Below, piece after piece: positions 40,015 to 50,436 of a stretch of DNA of 64,000 nt. The notes under the pieces were generated by a model. The model ran no database searches. It saw only the letters and a program-made list of their open reading frames with translations, and had not been told where the DNA came from. The stretch comes from an uncultured Actinomycetota bacterium. Its GTDB lineage: Bacteria > Actinomycetota > Acidimicrobiia > Acidimicrobiales > Bog-793. The first letter of the stretch is position 1; each line of letters opens with the position of its first letter. Location of the stretch: NCBI GenBank assembly GCA_963754255.1, contig CAVWEW010000010.1, positions 63,064-127,063 on the forward strand. The letters run 5' to 3'. A program made the translations under genes and the position numbers.

Positions 40015-41750
40015 TCAGCCGTCGGACCAGTCTGAACCTGGAAAGGCCTTGAAACCAGGGTAGTAGTCGAACGGCTCCACGTCGAACTCGACAACGGCCG
40101 GCGTTCCGCCCTCGGTCGCCGACAAAGCGCGGCTCGAGCGCCGGCCTTACCTCCTCTGGGCTGGCGACGTGCTCAGCCTGGCAGCCGTGGGCTCTCGCGA
40201 GGGCAACCAGGTCCGGCTGTGCGAGGAAGTCGGTGGCGATGAACCGGCCGGACGGGACCTGGTGCCACTTGGACCATCCGAGGCTTCGTGTGTTGAGCAC
40301 TACCCATGTGACGGGTGCTTGGTACTGCACAGCCGTGGACAGCTCTTGCGGCATCATCTGGAAGGCCCCGTCTCCCGCCACGCACACGACCTTTTTCCGA
40401 GGTCGCGCCAGCTTGGCGCCGATGGCTCCGGTGATGCCGGCGCCCATGCAGGTCTGTTCGGCCATCGAGACGACGTCGCCGGCGTCGAGCACGCGGTAGT
40501 ACGGCCAGTAGTAGGTCCAGAAGATCCTGGCCGCCGTTCTCGTTCACGAGCACGGTGTCGGGGCCGTAGACGGCGTTCAGCTCGTGCACGATTCGCTTCG
40601 ACCTGAGCGGGATGTCCATCGATGACGCGCACTCGGCCTCTACTTCTTGGATGAAGAGCTCCTTGTCGGCGAGGGATTCGGCGACGTGACGCGCCCTCTC
40701 CGCCCGCCGGCCGCCTTGATCACGCAGCACCTCGCTGAGTGCCACAAGGGCGAGGCGCGCGTCACTCACGACTGCGACGTCCGGCACGAAGTTGCGCCCG
40801 ATCTCGAACGGGTCGACGTCTATCTGCACCATGCGAGCGCCCGCAGGGAAGATGGACCAGTTGCCGGACTGGACGGACTCCATCCGGCAGCCCACCGTGA
40901 CCAGCAGGTCTGCATCGTTGAATATGTCCCGCCCAGGCCGGGTCCTGTACAGGCCGACCAGCCCGAAGGCCAGCGGATGGTTCTCCGCTACAGCCCCGCG
41001 TCCCGACGCGCTCGTCATGATGGGCATCGACTCCTGCTCCGCCAGCGCGACGAGAGCCGGCCCGGCTTCAGAAGAGATGACGCCGCCACCGGCCACGATG
41101 ACCGGTCGACGGGCCTCCCGGAGCAAGACGGCCGCCGCCTCGGTCAGCTCGGGGTCCGGTGCCGTCCGGAGAGCCCGGGGAGCGGGCCGATACTCGTCCA
41201 TCTCAGCCCGGGCGACGCCTACGTCTGCCGGTATCTCGACGAGGACGGGACCAGGCTTGCCGCCGGCGGCGATAGAGAAGGCGCGGCGCATGGTCCAGCC
41301 GACGCGGTCGGGTCTCTCGACCCGGACCGACCACTTCGTGACAGGTCGGGCAACGGCGACCGAGTCGTTCTCCTGGAAGGCACCCATCCCGAAGAACGCC
41401 GCCGGTGCCCCAGTAGTGATGCAGACGATCGGGGTGCAGCCGGAGAACGCTTCCAGCAGTCCTGAGACGGTGTTCGTCATACCCGGTCCCGGACTCGCAT
41501 GGCAGACGCCGACGCCATGGCCGAGCCTGGCCTCCGCCATGGCCATGAAGACTCCCGAGCACTCGTGCCGAACGAGAACCGGATCGATCGTCGGCGCGTC
41601 ATAGAGGGCGTCGTAGAGGTGGGTCGGGTCACCCGGCAGGCCATAGACCCGCCGCACGCCCTCGGCGGCGATGGCTTCTACCGCCGCCTGCCAGCCCGTC
41701 AGCGTCCGCTTCGGTGGGGTCGCTGTCCCGCTCTTATCCTCAGAAGTCAC
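40015..41750 (-). pseudogene. Second TPP-dependent (acetolactate-synthase-like) enzyme, two frame disruptions as sequenced
   Basis: N-terminal and central domains are in the 40173-41954 frame (GVRRVYGLPGDP, HASPGPGMTNT). The TPP-binding GDGAF block is in the 39851-40492 frame, with the switch near 40521. The C-terminal tail (RALSATEGGTPAVVEFDVEPF...*) is in a third frame, with the switch near 40131 and stop at 40015-40017. Start is GTG 41750 or ATG 41801. Confidence 0.7.
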
Positions 41751-42016
41751 AGGGGTGCATCCTCTCGGCCAGCTCGGACGTTCTTCAGCAGTCGCGAGCA
41801 TGAATCGGCATGTGTCTGAGCCTGCCACGTGACTTGGCTCGGTGTTCTGTGGGCGATGATGTCTGAGGCGAGACGTGCCTGCAACTGACCTCGTGGACGA
41901 AGCCTTTCGACCGGAAGGTGCGGGGGCTATGCTCGCAGCCGCGGCTCCCCGCATCGCTGGCGCTTTCCCTCCGACCCATGCTGGTCGCAGGCGTGTGGAT
42001 CTGAAGGAGGAAGTTC

Positions 42017-43680
42017 ATGTCGCCGAATCCTGCCGAGGTCAGCTCTCTCGTCCAGGCCTTGACCAACGATCGGATCGACCGGAGGCAGTTCCTGACTCCG
42101 CGGTTGCCCTCGGCCTCTCGGCTTCCGCCGCGAGCACGTTGCTGGCTGCGTGCGGCTCGTCCTCGCCCGGGTGCCAAGTCGGCCAGCTCGACGACCTTCA
42201 CTCTGCCGACGACGACCCTCACGTACCGGCCCGAAGTTGACATCGCCAATCTCGATCCTGCCTTCTACGTGAGCCAGGACGACGTCATCATTTCCGACTG
42301 CATTCTCGAGGGGCTCGTCACCTTCAGGCCAGGCACCTTTGACATGGTGAACAACCTGGCAGATACCTTCGAGATCTCTTCGGACAAGCTGCAGTACCAC
42401 TTCAAGCTCAAGCAAGGGATTCAATGGCAGAAGGGCTACGGAGAGGTGGCGCGAGTGACGTCAAGTTCTCCTACGAGCGGATCGCCGGACTGAACAAGCC
42501 CAAGCTGAACTCGCCGTACGCGGGCGACTGGCAGGCGCTCGAGACCGTCCGCGTGGAAGGGCCCTACGAGGGCACGATCATCTTGAAAGAGCCGTTCGCG
42601 CCGCTACTTCACTCCACCCTGCCTGTCGGCAGCGGGAAGGTGGTCCCCGAGAAGGCGGTCACCGCCCTCGGAAAGAAGTGGGCGACCAACATCGTGGGCT
42701 CGGGCCCTTGGCAGTTCGACAGCTGGGTTCCCGGACAACGCACAACGCTGAGCCGCTTCGAGAAGTACAGCGGTGCCAACTCCGCCTACGCGGTGAAGGT
42801 GCCGTGGACCTCCATCCAGACCGAGGTGATCTCGAGCGATGAGACAGCCTTTTCCTCGATGGAGACGGGTTCTCCCCTGTTGTGCTGGCTCGCCACCTCG
42901 GTTGTGAGCAAGGCGCAGGCGACGTCTACGCTGTCGCTGTTCAGCCGGCCTACCCAGGCCTTCTACTTCTTGTCGATGAACGTCCTGGACCCGGTCTTGA
43001 AGAACAAGGACCTCCGCAGGGCCATCCGCTCGGCGATCGACGTGCCCGGCATCATCTCCGCCGCCTACCACGGCCACTACACGCGTGCCTATGGGCTCAT
43101 CCCTCCCTCGATGTCAATCGGCTACTGGCGAGATGCGCCGCACTACAACCAGGACCCGTCTTTGGCCAAGTCGTACCTCGCCAGCAGCGGCCTCGGCAAG
43201 GTGTCGCTCAAGTTGAACGTGCAGAACGACCAGGACGATGAGGCAGCTGCGCAGATCATCGCCTCGAACCTCGGTGACATCGGCATCAACGTGTCGATCG
43301 AGCCCGAGAGCTCGGCCACGTACTACACGATCCCCGGGCCCGGAGGAGGAGGGTCTCACCGCCAGCTCAATTACACCTCCTATGTAACCGAGCCCGATCC
43401 GTACTGGTCGTTCATATGGTTCACCTGCTCGCAGATGGGCCTGTGGAACTGGAGCGACTGGTGCAGCTCGCAGTTCACCTCGCTCGTCAACGACGCCTTT
43501 CGCACCTACGACGTCGCTACCCGCGACAGGCTGTATGTCCAAGCGGCCCAGCTCTGGGACGAGGAAGCGGCGATTGCATGGATCTGCTACCCGACGTGGT
43601 ACTACGCCGCCCAGCCGCACGTCCAGCCTTCTTTGCGTCCCGACGGGCTGCCGTTCTTGTGGCAGACCACGGTCTCTTGA
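42017..43680 (+). pseudogene. Family-5 substrate-binding TAT-lipoprotein, at least three frame disruptions as sequenced
   Basis: RBS GAAGGAGGA before ATG 42017 and a TAT motif RIDRRQFLT. The lipoprotein signal (AVALGLSASAASTLLAACGSSSPG) sits in another frame between ~42090 and ~42172. A further switch occurs near 42448 (QKGYGEV|ASDVKFSYERIAG). Confidence 0.7.
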
Positions 43681-43714
43681 CCGGACGGCGCGCTGAGCTA
43701 GCCGCCACTTTGAG

Positions 43715-45761
43715 ATGAGCAGACCGATGAGAATCGTCACCGAATTCCCTCATCAGGTTTCCGTCGTCGAGCACGCTTGGATCACGATGTCCGACGGGTG
43801 CCGGCTTGCTGCCAAGCTATGGATCCCACAAGATGCCGAAGACCACCCGGTGCCGGCAATCCTCGAGTACATCCCGTATCGCAAGAACGACGCGACTGCG
43901 TACCGCGACCACTCCATGCACGCCTACTTCGCCGGCAACGGTTACGTCTCGGTCCGCGTGGACCTTCGTGGATCGGGTGACTCCGACGGCATCCTCGCGG
44001 ACGAGTACCTGCCCCTAGAGCAGCAAGACGGCGTCGAGGTCATTGCATGGCTCGCCGCCCAGCCCTTTTGCAGCGGCAAGGTCGGGATGATCGGCATCTC
44101 GTGGGGCGGCTTCAACGGATTGCAGATCGCCGCCCATGCCCCGCCCGAGCTCGGGTGCGTCATCAGCGTCTGTTCGACCGACGACCGCTACAGCGACGAC
44201 GTCCACTACGTGGGCGGCGCCGCGATGGCCTCCGAGGGGCTCGGCTGGGCCACGGTAATGCTCGGCTACAACGCCCGGCCACCTGACCCTGAGGTCGTCG
44301 GAGGCGACTGGCGACGAATCTGGCTCGAGCGCCTGGAGAAGACGCCGCCCTACATCGGAGCTTGGCTGTCGCACCAGCGGCGCGACGAGTTCTGGAAGCA
44401 GGGCTCCGTCTGCGAGGACTACTCGGCGATCACCTGCCCGGTCTACTTGGTCGGGGGCTTTCAGGACGGGTACCGCAACGCCATCTTTCGCTTTCTCGAA
44501 CGCCACCGCGGGCCGTGCAAGGGCCTCGTAGGGCCCTGGGGCCACAGGTACCCGCAGGAGGGCAGCCCAGGACCGGCGATCGGCTTCCTGCAGGAGGGCG
44601 TCCGCTTTTTCGACCACTGCCTGAAGGGTGTCGACAACGGCATCATGGACGAGCCGAAGTTGCGGGTGTTCCTCCAGGAGCCGATGCGCCCGACCCCGGA
44701 CTCCGTCGAGCGCGGCGGACGCTGGCTCGCTGAGCCGGGCTGGCCTACGCCGAACGTAAGGACGGTCCGGTTCTTTCCCAACGCCTCGAGGACCCTCGAG
44801 ACAACCGCAGGCGCCTCGGCTGAGCTGCTCGTGCCGAACGACGAGACGGTCGGCGTCGACGCCGGTGAGTGGTGCGGCTACGGCGGTCCACTCGACAACC
44901 CTTCGGACCAGCGACGCGAGGACGGGCTCTCGCTCGGGTTCACTTCCGAGCCGCTCGGCGCGGACCTGGTGATCCTCGGGTTTCCCGCTCGCGCGCCTCG
45001 AGCTGAGCGCCGACCAGCCGTACGGGAAGGTTGCCGTGCGGCTCTGTCACCTATGGCCGGACGGGGCCTCGACCCTCATTACGCGTGGCATGCTCAATCT
45101 GACGCACCGGGACAGCCACGAGGACCCTGCCGACCTCGAGCCCTTCCTTCCCTTTGTCGTCGAGGTGGCCCTCAACGCGATCTCCTACCGGGTGCCGAAG
45201 GGTCACCAAATCCGGCTGTCGGTCTCGACGGGCTACTGGCCCATGATGTGGCCGTCACCCGGGCCGGTCGCCTTGACGCTCCATGCCGGCGCGTCGAGCG
45301 AGCTCATCGTCCCGGTCTACTCGGGCCGAGACGAGCCGACGCCAGTCCCGGCGCACTTCGCCGAGCCCGAGCGCGCCCCCTATCTTCCGCACGAAGACCT
45401 GCCGACCACTGACGCCCTTGTCGCCGGCCGAGTGACCCGGGACCTGGCGGCGGGTGTCACCGAGCTCGTCACCGGTAACCGGGACCGGCGTGTGCTGCTG
45501 GTCGACTCCGGCCTCGAGTACAGCGAGATGGACAGGTTCGTCTTCCGCGTGAGAAAAGGAGACCCGTTGTCGGCTCACGTGCGCTGCGAGCAACGGAACA
45601 CGATCGGTCGGGGGCCCTGGCAGACCCGTGTGGAGGCGTCGAGCACCTTGTCCGCCACACCAGACGAGTCCAGGTCACCTGCTTGCTCGATGCTTTCGAG
45701 GGTGAGGACCGGATCTTCCGCGAAGACCTGGCGGTTCGCCATCCCGAGGGACCACACCTGA
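43715..45761 (+). pseudogene. CocE/NonD-family (S15 X-Pro dipeptidyl-peptidase-like) hydrolase, copy 1, frame-disrupted as sequenced
   Basis: Motifs ILEYIPYRKND, VDLRGSGDSDG and the nucleophile motif GISWGG. The frame switches at the GGG run 44978-44980 (VILG|FPLARLELSADQPYGKVAVRLCHLWPDGAS). There is also a compensated shifted stretch at 45669-45726. Confidence 0.75.
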
Positions 45762-45837
45762 GAACCTCGCCGGCTAGTGGCCGCCGCCGATCACTGACTC
45801 ATGCCCCTTGCACTGACCTCGACCGACAGGAGTGCTG

Positions 45838-47881
45838 TTGAGCACCGTCAACCCGTTCAGGGTCGTCACCGACTTTCCCCACCAGGTCCGCGTAGTCGAG
45901 CACACCTGGATCACGATGTCCGATGGGTGCCGTCTCGCCGCCAAGCTGTGGATCCCTGAAGACGCCGAGGTCCATCCCGTGCCGGCGATTCTGGAGTACA
46001 TCCCGTACCGGAAGAACGACGCCTCCTCCATTCGCGATCAAGCGACCCACGCCTACTTCGCTGGCCACGGGTACGTCTCGGTACGCGTCGACATGCGGGG
46101 ATCGGGAGACTCGGACGGCATCTTGACTGACGAGTACCTGCCCCTCGAACAACGCGACGGGATTGAGATCTTGCAGTGGCTGGCGGGACAGTCCTGGTGC
46201 TCGGGGACCGTCGGCATGATCGGGATCTCGTGGGGCGGCTTCAATGGCCTGCAGCTTGCGGCGCACGCGCCACCCGAGCTCGGCGCGGTCGTAAGCGTCG
46301 GATCGTCGGTCGATCGTTACGCGGAGGACGTCCACTACATCGGCGGAACGATCGGGGCGGCGGTGATGCTCTATTGGGGCACCAACATGCTCGGCTACAA
46401 CGCGAGGCCGCCCGACCCCGAGATCGTCGGTGATGTCTGGCGGCAGACCTGGTTTGAGCGCATGGAAAAGACCCCTTCCTGGGTCGAGACCTGGATCAGC
46501 CATCAACGCCGCGACGAGTACTGGAAGCAAGGCAGTGTGTGCGAGGACTACGCCAAGATCACGTGCCCGGTGTACATCGTCGCCGGCTGGCACGACTCGT
46601 ACCGGGACTCGGTCCTGCGATATGTGGAGCACGGCAATGAGTCGAGCAAAGGACTCGTCGGGCCTTGGGGACACCAATACCCCGAGGACGGCTCGCCCGG
46701 ACCCGCCATCGGGTTCTTGCAAGAGTGCGTCCGATTTTACGACAGGCATCTGAAGGGAGTCGCCAACGGTCTCGACTCCGAGCCGAAGGTGCGGATCTTC
46801 CTGCAGGACCCATATCGTCCCGGGGTGGTCGAGGGGGACCGGCGAGGTCGCTGGATCGCTCAGGAGTCCTGGCCGTTCCCGGAGACCAGGACGGTCGCCT
46901 TGTATCCGCGAGCTTCCGAGCTCCTCGACGCGGGAGCCGGGGCCGTCGGCCACCCGCACCATCACCTCGGCCAAGGTCGTCGGCATCGGCGGCGGGCGCC
47001 TGGGCGGCGCAGCACCCGACCAGAATCAAGATGACGGCCTTTCGCTCAGCTTTACGACGGCACCGCTCGAGGAGGACCTCCCCATCGTCGGCTTCGGGCA
47101 CCTGCGGCTCGAGCTCAGCGTGGACCGACCGCAGGCCCAGCTGGCGGCACGGCTGTGCGACATCTGGCCGGACGGAGCGGCGACGCGGATCACGGGCGGG
47201 GTCCTCAACCTCTCGCATCGCAACAGCCACGAGAATCCAGAGGAGCTCGAGCCGGGGGCCCACTACCAGGTCGACGTCGAGCTGAAGGCGATCGCCTATG
47301 TGTGTCCGCGGGGCCACCGTCTCCGCCTGTCGATCTCGGCCGGCTCCTGGCCGCTCGCGTGGCCGGCGCCGGAGACCTTTACGCTGTCGGCCCATCTCGG
47401 ATCGAACACGGTGGTCGAACTCCAGGTGATCGACGACCCGAGCGCCCTCGAGGGCTGCCCGGAGCACTTCTCGCAGCCGGAGAGCGCGGCACCGGTCGCC
47501 CATGAAAGCCTGCCGGTGCCGGGCGGCCTGCCCCCGATCGGTCTCGAGACACGTGACCGCGACACGGGGACGATCGCGTTCGTGACCTCGGCACGTCCGC
47601 GCGACCATCACGTGCGCCGGCTCGACTCCGGCCTCGAGTGGTCCGAGCTCAGCCGTGACACCTTCTCTATCAAGGAAGGAGAGCCGTTGTCGGCATCGGT
47701 GAAAAGCCACCAGCAGCTCCTGCTCGCCCGAGGATCCTGGCAGACCAGAGTCGAGACCTCGAGCACGATGTCGGCCACGAGGGATCACTTCCTCGTGACC
47801 AACGAGCTCGAAGCTTACGAGGGGGACGTGCGCGTGTTCACTAAGGCCTGGCACAGCACGATCCCGAGAGACCACACCTGA
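45838..47881 (+). pseudogene. CocE/NonD-family hydrolase, copy 2, frame-disrupted as sequenced
   Basis: Colinear with copy 1 at roughly 80 % nucleotide identity in the stretches I compared. The frame switches near 46940 (G run). Both copies end ...IPRDHT*. The start is TTG 45838 after AGGAG, or GTG 45832. Confidence 0.75.
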
Positions 47882-47934
47882 AGGCGGCCTCGATTGGCGG
47901 CTCGAGCCGCAAGGACGCAGAATCCGCACGGGAA

Positions 47935-48880
47935 ATGACGATTGGAGCAGCTGTGGAGGAGAAACCGCCGGTCGTCGGCGCGCCGCTCACCGACAAGGGC
48001 CGCATCACCGTGGAGGACGGCTACCAGATCGCCTACCGGGTCTATGGGAGCGGCAGCCGCACGCTCCTCGGCTTGCACGGCGGCCCCGGTGCGAACAGCA
48101 AGTATCTCAACCGGCTGAGCGAGGTCGCCGGGGGCGACTTGAAACTGGTGCTCTACGACCAGCTCGGCGGAGGGGAGTCGGACTGGCCCGATGATCCCTC
48201 GATCTGGCAGATCCCCCGGTTCATCACCGAGGTCGAGACGGTGCGGCGTGAGCTCAGCCTCGGCACCGTGTCCGTCTTTGGGCAGTCCTGGGGAGGGATG
48301 CTGGCGCTCGCGTACACCCTCGATCATCCCGAGCACGTCAACGCCCTCATCCTGTCCAACACGACCGCTTCCGCCAAGGACTACATGCTCGACATCTCCG
48401 AGCACCGCGTGGCGCTCGGAAAGGACCTGCACGCCGCGATGCTGAAGCACGAGTACGAGGCGACGATGGACGATCCCGAGTATCAGGACGCCGTGCTCGA
48501 GCTGAACGCGCGCCACCTGCGCCGATCGTCACCCTACGACCAGGCGCGCTCGCGGGCCGAGTTCGCCGTCATCGAGCAGGAGTACATGGCCGATCTCGGG
48601 CCCGCCTACGCGTTGTGGGGTCCACACGAGTTCATGGGCACCGGACCGGAGGCACATTTCGACATCTCTGATCGGCTGGGCGAGATCACGGTGCCCACGC
48701 TTATCCTCTGCGGCTGGTACGACGAGCTGACCCGGACCGCGTTGCCACCGGCCGCTCGCCAACGGGATTGCCGACAACGAGTTCGTGGTGTTCGGCAACT
48801 CGAGCCACCTCACGATCCTCGAGAAGGAGGCTGACCTGTACCTCGCCGTCATCCGGGACTTCCTGGCGCGGCGTACGTGA
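47935..48880 (+). pseudogene. Proline iminopeptidase-family alpha/beta hydrolase, one frame disruption as sequenced
   Basis: Motifs LLGLHGGPGA and GQSWGG. After PTLILCGWYDELT the frame switches near 48750 to ...PLANGIADNEFVVFGNSSHLTILEKEADLYLAVIRDFLARRT*. Confidence 0.75.
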
Positions 48881-50050
48881 GGTCGTCGTTCCAGCACATC
48901 GTCATCGGCGCCGGAGCGCTCGGCAGACGCGACGGCCTACCGTCTCGCCAGGGCCGGCGCCGGCGACGTGCTCGTACTCGAGCAGTTCGAGCTGGGGCAC
49001 GACAAGGGGGCATCGGAAGACCACTCCCGGGTGATCCGCCACGCCTACCACTCGACGGCCTACTCGGCGCTGACCCCGGCGATGTTCGCCAGCTGGCGGG
49101 AGGTCGAGGAGGAGTCGGGGCTGACGCTCGTGACCACCACCGGCGGGCTGGATCTCGCCATCGCAGACACCGACGGTGAGGCCGAGATGGATACCTACCG
49201 CCGGACGCTGGCTCCCGGGGTCGGCGCTGAGGACCTCGATGCGTCGGAAATCCGCGCCCGGTGGTCGCAGTGGCACATCGAGGACAACGTCGTCGGGATG
49301 TTCCAGGAAGACGGCGGCATCTTGGACATCGGTCGCGCGGGACGAGCCCACATCGGGCTTGCTCGTGAGCGGGGTGTGACGTTCATGCCGAACACCCAAG
49401 TCACCGGCGTGGTCTCGGGTGAGTCGCAGGTGACGGTGCACACGGCCGATAGAAGCTTCACGGCCGAATCGGTGATCTTGTGTGTCGCCTCGTGGGCATC
49501 GCGCCTTATGGCCGGCCTCGGCATTGATTGGCAGATCGCCCTCAGCCAGGAACAGGTCTGCTACTTCGCCACGCCGCATCTGCGCGACTTCAGCCCGGAA
49601 CGGTTCCCGATGTGGATCTGGCACGGCGAGACGACCTTCTACGGTTTCCCGACCTACGGCGTGCCCGCGATCAAGATCGCCCGTGACCTGTCTGGGAAGT
49701 GGGTCACCTCGGAGAGCCGCAGCTACGATCCGGACCCCGACGAGACCAAGCTCCTCGAGCGGTTCCTCCTCGAGCGCCTCCCGGGGGCGGTCGGGCCGGA
49801 GCTGATGAGCAAGACCTGCGTGTACGACCTGCCGCCCGATCGTGACTTCATCTTGGACAAGCTGCCCGGCCATCCCCGGATCACCATCGGCATGGGAGCC
49901 GGGCACGCCGCCAAGTTCGCCAGCTTGATCGGCGTGATCCTGGCGGACCTTGCGATCGACGGTCACACCAGCTATCCGATCAGCGCGTTTCGTGCCGACC
50001 GCCCAGCGCTCAGCGACCCCAGCTTTACACCGACATTACGTATCGGTTGA
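48877..50050 (+). pseudogene. Monomeric sarcosine / N-methyl-tryptophan oxidase-like FAD enzyme, one frame disruption as sequenced
   Basis: GTG 48877 overlaps the corrected stop of the previous gene. The FAD fold HIVIGAGALG is in the 48877 frame. The rest (DATAYRLARAGAGDVLVLEQFELGH...) is in the 48968 frame, with the switch near 48926. Confidence 0.7.
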
Positions 50051-50244
50051 CGCGGGCACGAGTGACGATGACCTCTGACGTGTGAGAGGACAGCACGAGT
50101 CGGTGCCGGTGAAGACACCGACATCCCCTCGGCCTCGATCAGCTCCTGGAAGACGAGGCGGACTGCTTATCTCACAGAATCCCTCCTGTCGACGCTCCGG
50201 AGTGCGTCGGGGAGGTCGGACAGGGCAGACTTGTCGAGGGCCAT
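50040..50244 (-). mobile_element. IS256-family (Mutator-type) transposase gene remnant, N-terminal ~65 codons only
   Basis: Strong RBS AAGGAGG 8 nt before ATG 50244. MALDKSALSDLPDALRSVDRRDSVR(TAA)AVRLVFQELIEAE matches the characteristic IS256 transposase N-terminus (MALDQSALLELLDAL...R.A...YQELIDAE). It has an in-frame TAA at 50167-50169, further frame drift, and is truncated at ~50.05 kb. Confidence 0.6.
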
Positions 50245-50436
50245 CGGGGTGACCTCCTTTGCCTTCGGGCTTGAACACCACATCGCCCGATGGCCCCGCC
50301 TGCTGGCGGATACTCGGTCACTTCAAAGGCCATCATTCCGCGGGACTCGGTCTGAACCCGGAGCAGACTCAGCTTTCTCAGCTGGGAAAGCGCAGGAGCG
50401 TGCCAACGCGTGCTTCCAGCGCACCCGACAGCACAA

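Larger units (their letters stand above)
43715..47881 (+). repeat. Tandem duplication of a ~2.05-kb CocE/NonD gene
   Basis: Two head-to-tail paralogues are separated by about 70 nt. They share long identical nucleotide runs (e.g. tggatcacgatgtccga.gggtgccg) and identical C-termini. Confidence 0.8.

Noticed and set aside
47897-47910. Perfect 14-bp palindrome GCGGCTCGAGCCGC, 25 nt upstream of the iminopeptidase start
   Set aside because: CTCGAG (Leu-Glu codons) and GC-rich flanks are extremely common in this sequence, and I found no second copy. It is too weak to call an operator.
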